Source: an uncultured Eubacteriales bacterium (GTDB lineage Bacteria; Bacillota; Clostridia; Christensenellales; CAG-138). Taken from it: a DNA stretch of 64,000 bases. The number at the start of each line of letters is the position of its first letter. Positions within the stretch are counted from its first letter, which is position 1. The stretch lies in the NCBI GenBank assembly GCA_902787375.1, contig CADAGD010000007.1:3878-67877 (forward strand), written 5' to 3'. Of this stretch, positions 18,014 to 26,657 are shown piece after piece. Under the pieces are notes generated by a model, which ran no database searches, had not been told where the DNA came from, and was given only the letters and a program-made list of their open reading frames with translations. The position numbers and the translations under genes were made by a program.

Positions 18014-18994
18014 TTATTCAATACTATTAGCATTACCCAAGCCTTCCATGAATAATCGAATATCCACAGCCATCTCATCACTTTTATAATAATGAATATA
18101 ATGTCCGCAGTCAAAGTAAACCAGCTTGGCATGATTCTCTTCCGCAAACCTCTCCTGCGCGGGTATCCAGGAATCTCCGATTTGAGTGCCGTCGGAGCAA
18201 AACATAAGTATCGGACAGGAGATACCTCCTCCGGCTTTTACGATTTGCGCATTGTCATATACGGTATTGCCCTCCGTAATATAGACCTGGTTTACAGCAT
18301 TCCTGTGAATCAAAAGCCGCTGCTGTTTGATCTCGTTTTCATTCAACGGCGACTCATTGACGGGATAAATGCCCGGTATCCTGAGCAGTCCCAATGCCTT
18401 GGATATACGTCCAAGCGTTGACATACGCTTTGTTATGCCGAAGTCAAATTTGTCATAACTATACGGAACAGACATATCTATTCCTATAATTCCCGCAACC
18501 TCATCGGGATAGTTCTGCGCCCAGTAAACAGCCTCCAAGCCCGACATGGAGTGAGGAACCAACACATATTGACCTTTGATATTTGCCAATAACAGCGCGC
18601 TTCGCACTTCTTCAACTATAGTAGCTATATCCCGCTCAACGTCAACTATATCCGAATACCCATATCCGGCTTTTTCCACCACCGCTATTCTGTATTCGTT
18701 CGACAGCGAGCGGTATATGGACTTGAAATCATAGACGGGAGCCACGGTCGCAGAGCCGGACAGGAAAACCAGCGTTGCATCCTTTTCATTATCGCCTTCC
18801 GTATAGACATGGACGGAATAGCCACCTACGTCGATCATCTTCCCATTGGGAACTATCTCATCGGATTCAATGCCTGTCATTATCTTGTCATATACGGCAA
18901 GCACGCCCACAAGAACCAGGCAAACGCCAAAGGCTATCCCGATTATTTTCAATATGTGTCTTGTCTTTTTCACATTTGCTCTCCTTTTCTCCAT
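18014..18994 (-). CDS. Alpha/beta hydrolase (membrane anchored)
   Basis: N-terminal TM; nucleophile elbow VPHSMSGLEA; GHYIHYY near the C-terminus. Confidence 0.75.
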   Translation of the reverse strand: MEKRRANVKKTRHILKIIGIAFGVCLVLVGVLAVYDKIMTGIESDEIVPNGKMIDVGGYSVHVYTEGDNEKDATLVFLSGSATVAPVYDFKSIYRSLSNEYRIAVVEKAGYGYSDIVDVERDIATIVEEVRSALLLANIKGQYVLVPHSMSGLEAVYWAQNYPDEVAGIIGIDMSVPYSYDKFDFGITKRMSTLGRISKALGLLRIPGIYPVNESPLNENEIKQQRLLIHRNAVNQVYITEGNTVYDNAQIVKAGGGISCPILMFCSDGTQIGDSWIPAQERFAEENHAKLVYFDCGHYIHYYKSDEMAVDIRLFMEGLGNANSIE

Positions 18995-19191
18995 GCCGAC
19001 GCTTTGACTGTAAGCTGCTCAAGCCTGTTATGGATAGCCCCTTACAAAGCTTTCAATGCTTCTTGTCGATTATATCACGCCCGCTTCAAAGCTTCAATAA
19101 CAAAATGACGTCAACCGCGTCAAGCTTGTATGGTTCACGCCCTCCGGACACATCACGTTCCGTCGAAACACATCGTTCAAAAGCACATCGT

Positions 19192-19638
19192 TTATGAAAT
19201 CGGCTTCAAATACAGAACCACTTCCTGATTTCGCTGATTCCGATAAACATATCCGTCGCTTTCAAATCCGAGCTTTTCGTGCAAACGAATGCTTGCTGCG
19301 TTATCCTTGCGTACTTGATCGAGTATTATCCGATAGCGCTTTTCCGCCGCGTACTGAATCAACAATGAAACAGCTTCCGAAGCCGCTCCCTTACAACGCT
19401 CTTCCGCAACCACCTCTGCGCCTGCTGAAACAACGGTTTTGCTGTGTTCATACAAGGACACATACCCGACGACCTTCTCATCGGAAATGATGGCGAATAT
19501 TTCAAAAAAACGTCCATTGCAGACGCAGGTACTCCATTCATCTATCATTTTTATAATGACATCCATTGACATATCCGGGTACAATGTCTTCTGCAAGGAC
19601 TCCGCGTCTTCATGGACAAATCTACGAATTGTGATCAT
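19192..19638 (-). CDS. GNAT family N-acetyltransferase
   Basis: RCKGAASEAVSLLIQYAAEKRYRIILDQVRKDNAASIRLHEKLGF acetyl-CoA-binding region; ORF is open to 19659. Confidence 0.8.
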   Translation of the reverse strand: MITIRRFVHEDAESLQKTLYPDMSMDVIIKMIDEWSTCVCNGRFFEIFAIISDEKVVGYVSLYEHSKTVVSAGAEVVAEERCKGAASEAVSLLIQYAAEKRYRIILDQVRKDNAASIRLHEKLGFESDGYVYRNQRNQEVVLYLKPIS

Positions 19639-19873
19639 GTCTGTTCCCCGCCGTTTCATAATCTGCCAATCGGATTATACCAATTTCATCCGGTCATTGC
19701 AAGAAAAATCCTCCCCGTTCTTAGCGGACAAAATAGGTTTATGATGCTTGCTCGGCTGATGCAGGTGATAATAGTCTCACGGTACAGCGATGTTTGCTTT
19801 TCATGTGTCATACGGCACACATCATCGGCGAAGCGACATCATTGCCAAAGGCACCATCATTTATAATTCGGAA

Positions 19874-19969
19874 ACGCCTCCTTTGTCCGGTAGACAAAAG
19901 ACGCTTTTTTCATGTGAAAGACCGCGCAAAAGTGCGCCAAACCATAGAAAGAACGCCGAAAAGTACACC
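19874..19969 (+). repeat. Cassette-junction repeat (hairpin plus CATGTGAAAGACC...CCATAGAAAGA...AAAAGTACACC)
   Basis: Homologous to 20755-20850, 21531-21600, 22187-22280. Confidence 0.75.
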
Positions 19970-19995
19970 ATAGGAACGCAGCCATCGAAATCAGC

Positions 19996-20466
19996 CTATT
20001 TCTTTTCATAAAAGACTAAAGTCATTTTTTCATTGATCACTTCCGTTTTTTCGGTCTTTTTATACCCGATCTTCTCATACAAATGACAATTGCCTGCCTC
20101 TTCCAAAATGGTGTCCAGAAACCACCTTTCAATATCGGGATGCAATCTTTCAATTTCCAACAATGCCTTTTGTGCAATCCCTTTGTTTTGATATTTTGGC
20201 AGGACGCACAGGGCGGAGACGCGTCCGGTTTTATTTGTATCATCTATATTGATCCTGACCACGCCGACAGCTATTCCGTCTACAGCAAAAAGATAACCTG
20301 TCGTACCCTCTCTTGTGTATTTGCGAAAAACAGTTTCTTTGCTCTCCGTATACGGATTTGTACCGTCGTCATGGTACTTTTCATACAAAGATTCATATGC
20401 CGCCCGCTGTATTGCAAATACAGTATCTATATCATTCTCCCCGAAACGTGAGACTTCAATATCCAT
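19996..20466 (-). CDS. GNAT family N-acetyltransferase
   Basis: VLPKYQNKGIAQKALLEIERL...LYEKIGYK; GGAGGTG RBS 7 nt upstream. Confidence 0.85.
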   Translation of the reverse strand: MDIEVSRFGENDIDTVFAIQRAAYESLYEKYHDDGTNPYTESKETVFRKYTREGTTGYLFAVDGIAVGVVRINIDDTNKTGRVSALCVLPKYQNKGIAQKALLEIERLHPDIERWFLDTILEEAGNCHLYEKIGYKKTEKTEVINEKMTLVFYEKK

Positions 20467-20570
20467 AGCAGTTCACCTCCGCAAAAACCGATTTGCAGAG
20501 ATGATTATACTAAACTCTATTCGTTAAATCAATAAAGAAACCTCTCTTGCCTTGGTAGACAAAAGAAGGC
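20467..20570 (+). repeat. Terminator-promoter-5'UTR junction module
   Basis: About 100 bp colinear with 21461-21570 (cctccRcaaa..ccgatttg..gagatgattatac...gaaacctctcttgccYtggYagacaaaag). Confidence 0.75.
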
Positions 20571-20571
20571 T

Positions 20572-20750
20572 GTGATGTTTGCGCCGTTCGCGCAAGTGAT
20601 GTTGCTCGCTTCGCTCGCAGGGATGTTTTGCGGCAAGCCGCAAAGTGATGTAATGTATTCCGCTTTCACTTGGCGAAGCCAAACATCACGCGCGAAGCGC
20701 GCATCACATCCGAAGGAGACATCACGTTCCGCGTCAGCGGAACACATCGT
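20572..20750 (+). repeat. Array of short GC hairpins spaced by GTGATGT (left half) / ACATCAC (right half), family H
   Basis: GTGATGT at 20572, 20596, 20645; GGATGT at about 20610; CATCAC/ACATCAC units at about 20684-20745; hairpins ttgcgccgttcgcgcaa, tttgcggcaagccgcaaa, gcgcgaagcgcgc, gttccgcgtcagcggaac. Confidence 0.75.
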
Positions 20751-20754
20751 TCAA

Positions 20755-20850
20755 AAAGCGCCTTTTGTCGGTTGACAAAAAACGCTTTTTTGATGTGAAA
20801 GACGTGCAATAAGGTACGAAACCATAGGAAGAAAAGCGAAAAAGTACACC
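20755..20850 (+). repeat. Cassette-junction repeat
   Basis: gcgccttttgtcggttgacaaaaaacgc hairpin, then GATGTGAAAGACG...CCATAGGAAGA...AAAAGTACACC. Confidence 0.75.
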
Positions 20851-20944
20851 AGTTTGCAGACGAGCGCACGGAATTAATGTCTTGACCTCCGCGCCGTATT
20901 CCTCGACAAACCGGAATTTGCTGTTATATATGCGCTAACAGCAT

Positions 20945-21460
20945 TTAGCTTGCATCTACATATAACCTGTACTTACCACAGTGAAGACACCGAAAAAGAT
21001 ACCCACACAGGTCCCCATCCTTATATAGATGTTCCTCTACAGCATCTATTGGATATGAAGGAGCCTGAGCGGCGTAGTCCTTAAGGACCTCTTCTTTAAT
21101 ACCGAGTTCCTCCAGTTCCTGTATACCAACCCTGCCAAGATAGGCGCAATAATCGTCGCAGCATGCCAGCCAGTTTTCTCCCTGCCACGAAATGTAACCT
21201 GGCGTGCGCTTAAACAGCTCATCCCGTTTTTCGGGATCAGATACCTCTTCGGCAAACTGCACGAATTCAGCGTCTAACTTTTCTGCGGCGCTTCCGTCAT
21301 GAATGCATGATAAGCAGATACAGTCTATGTCTTTTGCTGAATATGCCATGTCGATATACTCCGACACTTTCTTTCCGCAACAATTGCAGACACCTTCCTC
21401 ATGGATCAGCACTTCATCATTATACAGATTTGGATGATATTTGAATTTAATACGTTCCAT
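20945..21460 (-). CDS. CbrC (UPF0167) family protein
   Basis: FKYHPNLYNDEVLIHEEGVCNCCGKKVSEYI...CLSCIHDGSAAEKLDAEF matches my recollection of the CbrC family. Confidence 0.7.
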   Translation of the reverse strand: MERIKFKYHPNLYNDEVLIHEEGVCNCCGKKVSEYIDMAYSAKDIDCICLSCIHDGSAAEKLDAEFVQFAEEVSDPEKRDELFKRTPGYISWQGENWLACCDDYCAYLGRVGIQELEELGIKEEVLKDYAAQAPSYPIDAVEEHLYKDGDLCGYLFRCLHCGKYRLYVDAS

Positions 21461-21600
21461 TAATTCCTAACCTCCACAAATCCCGATTTGTTGAGATGAT
21501 TATACCATGTTCACTTTTATGATACAACAAGAAAACCTCTCTTGCCCTGGCAGACAAAAGAGGTTTCTTTCATGTGAAAGAGCTCCAAAATGATACGCGA
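21461..21600 (+). repeat. Terminator-promoter junction module plus cassette-junction repeat
   Basis: See 20467-20570; hairpin gaaaacctctcttgccctggcagacaaaagaggtttc, then CATGTGAAAGAGC. Confidence 0.75.
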
Positions 21601-21623
21601 CGATCACCTCGACAAACGAGATT

Positions 21624-22118
21624 TTATAAACCAAAGACAATATCATCGCCATCGCGTTCCGGCAGTTTCTGAAAACCGAGCGAAATGTACAAACACTGTG
21701 CCTTTTCGTTACTCTCCTCTGTTGATAGTTTAATTGTCTTTTGAGAATCTGCTGCTTTCAGGATACGGATCGCCAAGGCGGCGGCATTTTTGCCATATCC
21801 TTTGTTTTGGTGCTTTTTGTCAATATAGTAACTCCACGAGTAGGCATTGCCATTGCCCAGCCATTTACACAAAGAAATGAAACCAATCGGTTCTCTATTC
21901 TCGTCATAAATCAGACACGGAACATTATCTTCGGGGTACAAATATGCTCTTCCAATTGAAAAGCCTGCCGGATTCACAAGTTCTTTTTGTTCTTCATCCA
22001 ACTGACATTCGAAAACTGCATAAGCGAGTTCTTCCTGCGTTTGAATCGGTCTGATACAAACTCCGTCACCAAACCATACTGCATCATCTATGTACTCCAA
22101 TGCTGCTCGCAAACTCAT
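21624..22118 (-). CDS. GNAT family N-acetyltransferase
   Basis: IDKKHQNKGYGKNAAALAIRILKAA...ISLGFQ; start moved to ATG 22118 (GGGGGA RBS) because the 5' extension crosses the terminator hairpin. Confidence 0.8.
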   Translation of the reverse strand: MSLRAALEYIDDAVWFGDGVCIRPIQTQEELAYAVFECQLDEEQKELVNPAGFSIGRAYLYPEDNVPCLIYDENREPIGFISLCKWLGNGNAYSWSYYIDKKHQNKGYGKNAAALAIRILKAADSQKTIKLSTEESNEKAQCLYISLGFQKLPERDGDDIVFGL

Positions 22119-22186
22119 TTCATTATTTTCCCCCAAATCTTGATTTACAAAAATGATCATACCATATTCGACCCCGCTTTGCAACG

Positions 22187-22280
22187 AAAAAACCTCTCTT
22201 GCCCTGGTAGACAAAAGAGGTTTTTGTTGTGTAAGACCGCGTAAAAGGACACCAAGGCATAGAAAGACCACCTAAAAGAC
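22187..22280 (+). repeat. Cassette-junction repeat
   Basis: aaaaacctctcttgccctggtagacaaaagaggttttt, then GTGTAAGACCGCGTAAAAGGACACCAAGGCATAGAAAGACCACC. Confidence 0.75.
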
Positions 22281-22291
22281 ATTCTTTCTGC

Positions 22292-22933
22292 TTATTCAGT
22301 CGAACCCTGGATTGTCTTTCTATGATAGTTCATCAAAAACCTTTCCAAAGCGTGCGCTGCCATGGGAAGGAGAATGCACCCGGCAGTATAGAAAACATAG
22401 CCAACCCCGATGGAAAACACAAAGGATGATATCAGCTCGATTGTCAATTTTTTAACTGCAGATTGTTTTTGAATGACAACTGCTTGAAACAGAATGCCTG
22501 CGCACCAGATCAGCGCGTTAATCAAAATGCAACATATAGGATTCAAGTCCCACTTTTCCAGCAACCATAAGACAAAAGTCTGCATCATGGCTCTCTGCGG
22601 TATTTCCATGCAGGCCGCCTCTACGCACATCTCCATCAATTCAGCAGCTTTATAGGTTTCATTTTTTTGCAGGCCAAGCGTCATGATGACACATGTTGCC
22701 GCAACTGCCGCTGCAGCGATGATCCATACCCTATAATCAAGCAGCGTTTCAAAATGGAAAGGATGATCACCGATCAGCAAATAAACAACGATTGTCGGTA
22801 TGATGGCAGAAAACAAGGGGCGGAACATCAACACCGTCTCTGAACGCTTCAATCGTTGAGATATAAAGATGTTGCATGCAATCCAGATACCGCTCAACAG
22901 AAACCCAATGAGAAAAACAACAAAATAAAGCAT
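22292..22933 (-). CDS. Polytopic membrane protein, degenerate CPBP (CAAX protease / immunity)-like
   Basis: Six or more TM helices; VEAACMEIPQR and AAHALERFLMN resemble CPBP motifs 1 and 3 but are non-canonical. Confidence 0.4.
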   Translation of the reverse strand: MLYFVVFLIGFLLSGIWIACNIFISQRLKRSETVLMFRPLFSAIIPTIVVYLLIGDHPFHFETLLDYRVWIIAAAAVAATCVIMTLGLQKNETYKAAELMEMCVEAACMEIPQRAMMQTFVLWLLEKWDLNPICCILINALIWCAGILFQAVVIQKQSAVKKLTIELISSFVFSIGVGYVFYTAGCILLPMAAHALERFLMNYHRKTIQGSTE

Positions 22934-23014
22934 CTGGGGCCTCCTCGATAAGAAAACTTCGGCTCAAATACTGTATCAGTATAATTATATCATGTCATGT
23001 CAGCTATAACAACA

Positions 23015-23056
23015 AGAAACTTCCTTTGCCTTGGCAGACAAAAGAGGTTTCTTTCA
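23015..23056 (-). terminator. tRNA-Tyr terminator (same hairpin family as the cassette junctions)
   Basis: Minus-sense gaaacctcttttgtctgccaaggcaaaggaagtttc directly after the tRNA 3' end. Confidence 0.65.
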
Positions 23057-23141
23057 TGGTGGACGGGGATGGATTCGAACCATCGTAGTCTGTGACAACG
23101 GATTTACAGTCCGCTCCCTTTGGCCGCTCGGGAACCCGTCC
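23057..23141 (-). tRNA. tRNA-Tyr (anticodon GTA)
   Basis: Minus-sense GGACGGGTTCCCGAGCGGCCAAAGGGAGCGGACTGTAAATCCGTTGTCACAGACTACGATGGTTCGAATCCATCCCCGTCCACCA; long variable arm, CCA encoded. Confidence 0.9.
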
Positions 23142-23161
23142 GTATTAAATTCAGCATAAAC

Positions 23162-23189
23162 ATTATACAACAAAAAAAGCGATTGTCAA
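23162..23189 (-). promoter_or_regulatory. Promoter of tRNA-Tyr
   Basis: Minus-sense TTGACA (23184-23189), 16 nt, TATAAT (23162-23167). Confidence 0.6.
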
Positions 23190-23260
23190 ATATATTATTT
23201 GCCCTGTTCTTGCATATTTGCGGCTTGTAATTATATATTATTCGTATTCCGATTTTTACC

Positions 23261-23289
23261 TTGACTTTTTCAAATGTGTTTGATATAAT
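23261..23289 (+). promoter_or_regulatory. Promoter of the tRNA-Ser pair
   Basis: TTGACT (23261-23266), 17 nt, TATAAT (23284-23289). Confidence 0.6.
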
Positions 23290-23305
23290 AGTTTTGTTGA
23301 CGTTT

Positions 23306-23394
23306 GGAGAGATGGCCGAGTGGTTGAAGGCGCCGGTCTTGAAAACCGGTGATGTCGAAAGGCACCGGGGGTTCAAATCCCTCTCTCTCCGCCA
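23306..23394 (+). tRNA. tRNA-Ser (anticodon TGA)
   Basis: GGAGAGATGGCCGAGTGGTTGAAGGCGCCGGTCTTGAAAACCGG..., long variable arm, GGTTCAAATCC T-loop, CCA encoded. Confidence 0.9.
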
Positions 23395-23404
23395 ATACCG
23401 ATTT

Positions 23405-23496
23405 GGAGAAGTACCCAAGAGGTCGAAGGGGCTCCCCTGCTAAGGGAGTAGGCTCTGCGAAGGGGCGCCAGGGTTCAAATCCCTGCTTCTCCGCCA
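23405..23496 (+). tRNA. tRNA-Ser (anticodon GCT)
   Basis: GGAGAAGTACCCAAGAGGTCGAAGGGGCTCCCCTGCTAAGGGAG..., long variable arm, CCA encoded. Confidence 0.9.
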
Positions 23497-23502
23497 TGTA
23501 AA

Positions 23503-23545
23503 AAACCTCTTTTGTCTACCAAGACAGGAGAGGTTTTATTTCTTG
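23503..23545 (+). terminator. Rho-independent terminator (CTTTTGTC hairpin family)
   Basis: aaacctcttttgtctaccaagacaggagaggtttt, then a T-rich tail. Confidence 0.7.
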
Positions 23546-23604
23546 TTATTATCAACAGGGCATGGTATAATTGTGGCGATAGTCAAGATTCGAGGAGAGG
23601 TAAG

Positions 23605-24072
23605 ATGATAAGCATCGAAGAAATAGCGGTAGAAAATATTGAGGAGTTTTGGAAACTTCATCTCAGATATCTGATAAATGACGGGATCGTTGAGGACGAG
23701 GAAGACATAGCTTATTTTTCCGGTGATGAATATAGAGGCATAATCAAAGCACACATGATCAGAGAAATTGATAAACATCACATGGTTTATTTTGTAGATG
23801 GAAATGTACGGATCGGTGCTGCACAGTATAATACCTATCAAAGCGAAGACGGAAAATGCTTTATCTTAGACTTTTGGGTATTCCCTGAGTTTAGGGGCAA
23901 TGGCACAGGACACAGATGCTTTTATGCGCTGGAAGACCACACGAGATTGGACGGAGCAAAGTACTATGAAATCAACAGTCAAAAAGAAAACTCCATTCGT
24001 TTTTGGAAATCCATCGGATTTGAAGAAAACGGAAAAGATGAATACGATATGCCTTTATTCATAAAACGATAG
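23605..24072 (+). CDS. GNAT family N-acetyltransferase
   Basis: FWVFPEFRGNGTGHRCFYALE...FWKSIGF; AGGAGAGG RBS before ATG 23605. Confidence 0.8.
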   Translation: MISIEEIAVENIEEFWKLHLRYLINDGIVEDEEDIAYFSGDEYRGIIKAHMIREIDKHHMVYFVDGNVRIGAAQYNTYQSEDGKCFILDFWVFPEFRGNGTGHRCFYALEDHTRLDGAKYYEINSQKENSIRFWKSIGFEENGKDEYDMPLFIKR

Positions 24073-24190
24073 ATTCTGATCTGTTGAGACAGCAGACGTT
24101 ACGTTTGTTTTTTCTTAGCGTTACGCTTGCGACGATGATGCAAACATCATAGACTTCTTTTATGCTTTTCTTTACGAGGATAATAAAGCC

Positions 24191-24634
24191 ATGATACATT
24201 TGGAAACCGTTACGCCTGAGAATTGGAGACTTGGACTTCGTGTGCGCGAGGATCAGCGTCGTTTTGTTTCGGACAGCGCGGGTATTCTTGCGAGAGCCTT
24301 TGCCTATCGAAACAGCCGCAGTCGGGCATTCGTCATATACAATGATGATTTGCCCGTCGGCATGGCGATGTATCACGATTTTGACTACGAAGATGAACAT
24401 GCGTATGATTTCAGTCAATTCTTTATCGACCAACGCTATCAGGGAAACGGGTTCGGATATGAAGCCGCGGCATTGATTCTGCAAATGATGAAGGACGACG
24501 GGAAGTATGATGATGTGATCCTCTGCTACGTTGAGGGGGATATTGCAGCTCGAAAGCTCTATGAAAAGCTCGGATTTCGTCATACGGGCGAGGCGGACGG
24601 CGATGAGATCGTAATGAAGCTGAGTCTGAGGTAA
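24191..24634 (+). CDS. GNAT family (diamine/spermidine-type) N-acetyltransferase
   Basis: FFIDQRYQGNGFGYEAAALILQMM...ARKLYEKLGFRHTGE. Confidence 0.8.
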   Translation: MIHLETVTPENWRLGLRVREDQRRFVSDSAGILARAFAYRNSRSRAFVIYNDDLPVGMAMYHDFDYEDEHAYDFSQFFIDQRYQGNGFGYEAAALILQMMKDDGKYDDVILCYVEGDIAARKLYEKLGFRHTGEADGDEIVMKLSLR

Positions 24635-24835
24635 AAGCTTTATTGTCCATGCTTGGGCTTACTTGGGCGCGGCTCACGGTTATTGCCGTTTCAACGTCGC
24701 GCTTTTACAACAATACTTATCATTTATTCATTTTTTATTATCCATAAACAAACTTGATAGTGTAACCCTTGCGTTCCAAAAGGTGCTTATTTGTATGAAG
24801 GGTCTTTCAAATACGCATGAAAGGGGCTGAAAGAG

Positions 24836-25396
24836 TTGGATGACAACCTGATAGTTAACCTGTACCTGCGGCGTGACGAGAATGCCATAGAACAGACTTC
24901 CGAGAAATACGGAGCGCGTCTGCGTTCGCTTGCCCATTCGATAGTCAACGACCGCTTGACCTCCGAGGAATGCGAGAACGACACATACATGGAAGCATGG
25001 AAATCCATTCCTCCGCATGAACCAAGGGATTATCTGTATGCGTTTCTCGCCCGAATAATAAGGCATATCGCGTTGAACTGCTGCCGTTACAACAACCGAT
25101 TGAAGCGCAGCGCGTATATATGCGAGTTGAGCAATGAGCTGGAGCAATGCCTGCCTGCGTCCGGCGGTGCCGAATTCTCCATTGACGACATTGCCCTGCG
25201 GGAAACCATCAACGCTTTTTTAGGTCGTTTGGATGAGGAAAAGCGCAACATATTCATACGCCGTTACTGGTATCTGGATTCAACCGCCGATATCTCAAAA
25301 CGCTTTTCCGTTTCCGAAAGCAAGGTCAAAACCACGCTTTTCCGCTGCCGCAACAGGCTTAGGGAGCATCTTGAAAGAGAGGGTTACAAAATATGA
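24836..25396 (+). CDS. Sigma-70 family (ECF-type) RNA polymerase sigma factor, TTG start
   Basis: Region 2 (ECENDTYMEAWKSI) and region 4 HTH (RRYWYLDSTADISKRFSVSESKVKTTLFRCRNRL). Confidence 0.8.
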   Translation: MDDNLIVNLYLRRDENAIEQTSEKYGARLRSLAHSIVNDRLTSEECENDTYMEAWKSIPPHEPRDYLYAFLARIIRHIALNCCRYNNRLKRSAYICELSNELEQCLPASGGAEFSIDDIALRETINAFLGRLDEEKRNIFIRRYWYLDSTADISKRFSVSESKVKTTLFRCRNRLREHLEREGYKI

Positions 25397-26229
25397 ACGG
25401 AACCGAATTATTGGATAAAATGGAGCTTATTGACGCCGCTTATGTAGAGTCAGCCGACGCAGTTCCGAAAAGGCAAAATCGCATATGGATTGGATGGGGC
25501 GTTGCTGCGGCGTGTTTATGCCTTGTTATAGGAGCGGCTGTCATCATTACCAAAACAATAAGACCTAATGATACAACGGCTTTTTTCGATGCGGTCGAAA
25601 TACCGGACGACGCCGTAATGCCGCCTGTAAGAGAGGGCAGCAGCCAATCCGAAACACAATATCGCAAATTATACAACTATGCGTCAGCATATGATGAAGC
25701 GGACGCCGTGTGCATAGTTACGGTCGGCAACTGGCTCTCCGAGTTCGGTATGTTTACATTATTTGACGCAAAAGTAGAAAAGGTTTACAAGGGCAGCATC
25801 CCCGATAAAATAGTCCTTCTTCAGAATGAAAATTCAAAGTATCATTTTACATCCCCTATATTCTCATATGGCAATAGGCTTCTTGTATTCCTTAACTCAT
25901 GGGATAGATGGGGTGAGAATGCACATTACGATAACGCATATGCCATGATCGGCCCTGATTACACCACCTTGTACTTATCATATGATAACTCAAAAAAAGC
26001 ATATCTCATAGCATTGAATGGATTCGCAGGCTCATTAGGTGAAGAAGCGGGCATTTCTTTGACGAATTCCCGTAACGTCAACCTGCTCAATGAACTCGAT
26101 AATTATATAAAGAAAACCGACAGCTACCTTGCTGAACAGATCGAAAAACGGTTCGATGAAGATGAATTCACACGCGTGAGGATATACGCATTGAGCGATT
26201 TTGAAGAATTCTTCGATTCAAGAAATTGA
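25393..26229 (+). CDS. Single-pass membrane protein, putative anti-sigma partner
   Basis: 4-nt overlap with the sigma gene; short cytoplasmic N-terminus, TM IWIGWGVAAACLCLVIGAAVII, extracytoplasmic domain. Confidence 0.45.
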   Translation: MNGTELLDKMELIDAAYVESADAVPKRQNRIWIGWGVAAACLCLVIGAAVIITKTIRPNDTTAFFDAVEIPDDAVMPPVREGSSQSETQYRKLYNYASAYDEADAVCIVTVGNWLSEFGMFTLFDAKVEKVYKGSIPDKIVLLQNENSKYHFTSPIFSYGNRLLVFLNSWDRWGENAHYDNAYAMIGPDYTTLYLSYDNSKKAYLIALNGFAGSLGEEAGISLTNSRNVNLLNELDNYIKKTDSYLAEQIEKRFDEDEFTRVRIYALSDFEEFFDSRN

Positions 26230-26264
26230 TGGTAAAGCACATTGTACTAAAGGAGATGAAAGAA

Positions 26265-26330
26265 TTGGACGACAACCTGATAGTTGACCTGTACTTGCAG
26301 CGCGACGAGAATGCCATAGAACAGACTTGA
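26265..26330 (+). pseudogene. Truncated duplicate of the sigma factor 5' end
   Basis: TTGGACGACAACCTGATAGTTGACCTGTACTTGCAGCGCGACGAGAATGCCATAGAACAGACTTGA matches 24836-24898 including the RBS region; 21 codons, then a stop. Confidence 0.8.
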
Positions 26331-26379
26331 GGATTCGGGAATCATTTCGCAGATTGAAGTCGGAATGGAGGGTATATTT

Positions 26380-26601
26380 ATGCCCCGACTTTATGATAAC
26401 GAATCATTTTTTGAAATGAACGGAGCAGTTCTGATGCTTCGTGATATTGCGGATTGCGGCTTGGGTGACGGAATGCGTTGGGTATTCCTGTCAAGCGACA
26501 AAGGGCTTATTTACTTTGATGAAGCATATCCCGGAGCAAGAGGCTCGATCAATCTTGACGACATAGAAAAATATGTTCTAAAGATGCTGAACAATACTTG
26601 A
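26380..26601 (+). CDS. Hypothetical small protein
   Basis: GGAGGG RBS 7 nt upstream of ATG 26380; no domain recognised. Confidence 0.4.
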   Translation: MPRLYDNESFFEMNGAVLMLRDIADCGLGDGMRWVFLSSDKGLIYFDEAYPGARGSINLDDIEKYVLKMLNNT

Positions 26602-26657
26602 ACCGCCCGATAAGCTGTTGTATAATAAATTCACCCGATAATGATTGGAGGCAGACT

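Noticed and set aside
20572-20750. CRISPR-like appearance (short conserved unit alternating with variable sequence)
   Set aside because: The conserved unit is only 7 nt and the variable parts are themselves palindromic hairpins. The orientation flips midway, the period is about 24 nt, and no cas genes or leader are present. It was classified as a REP-like hairpin array.
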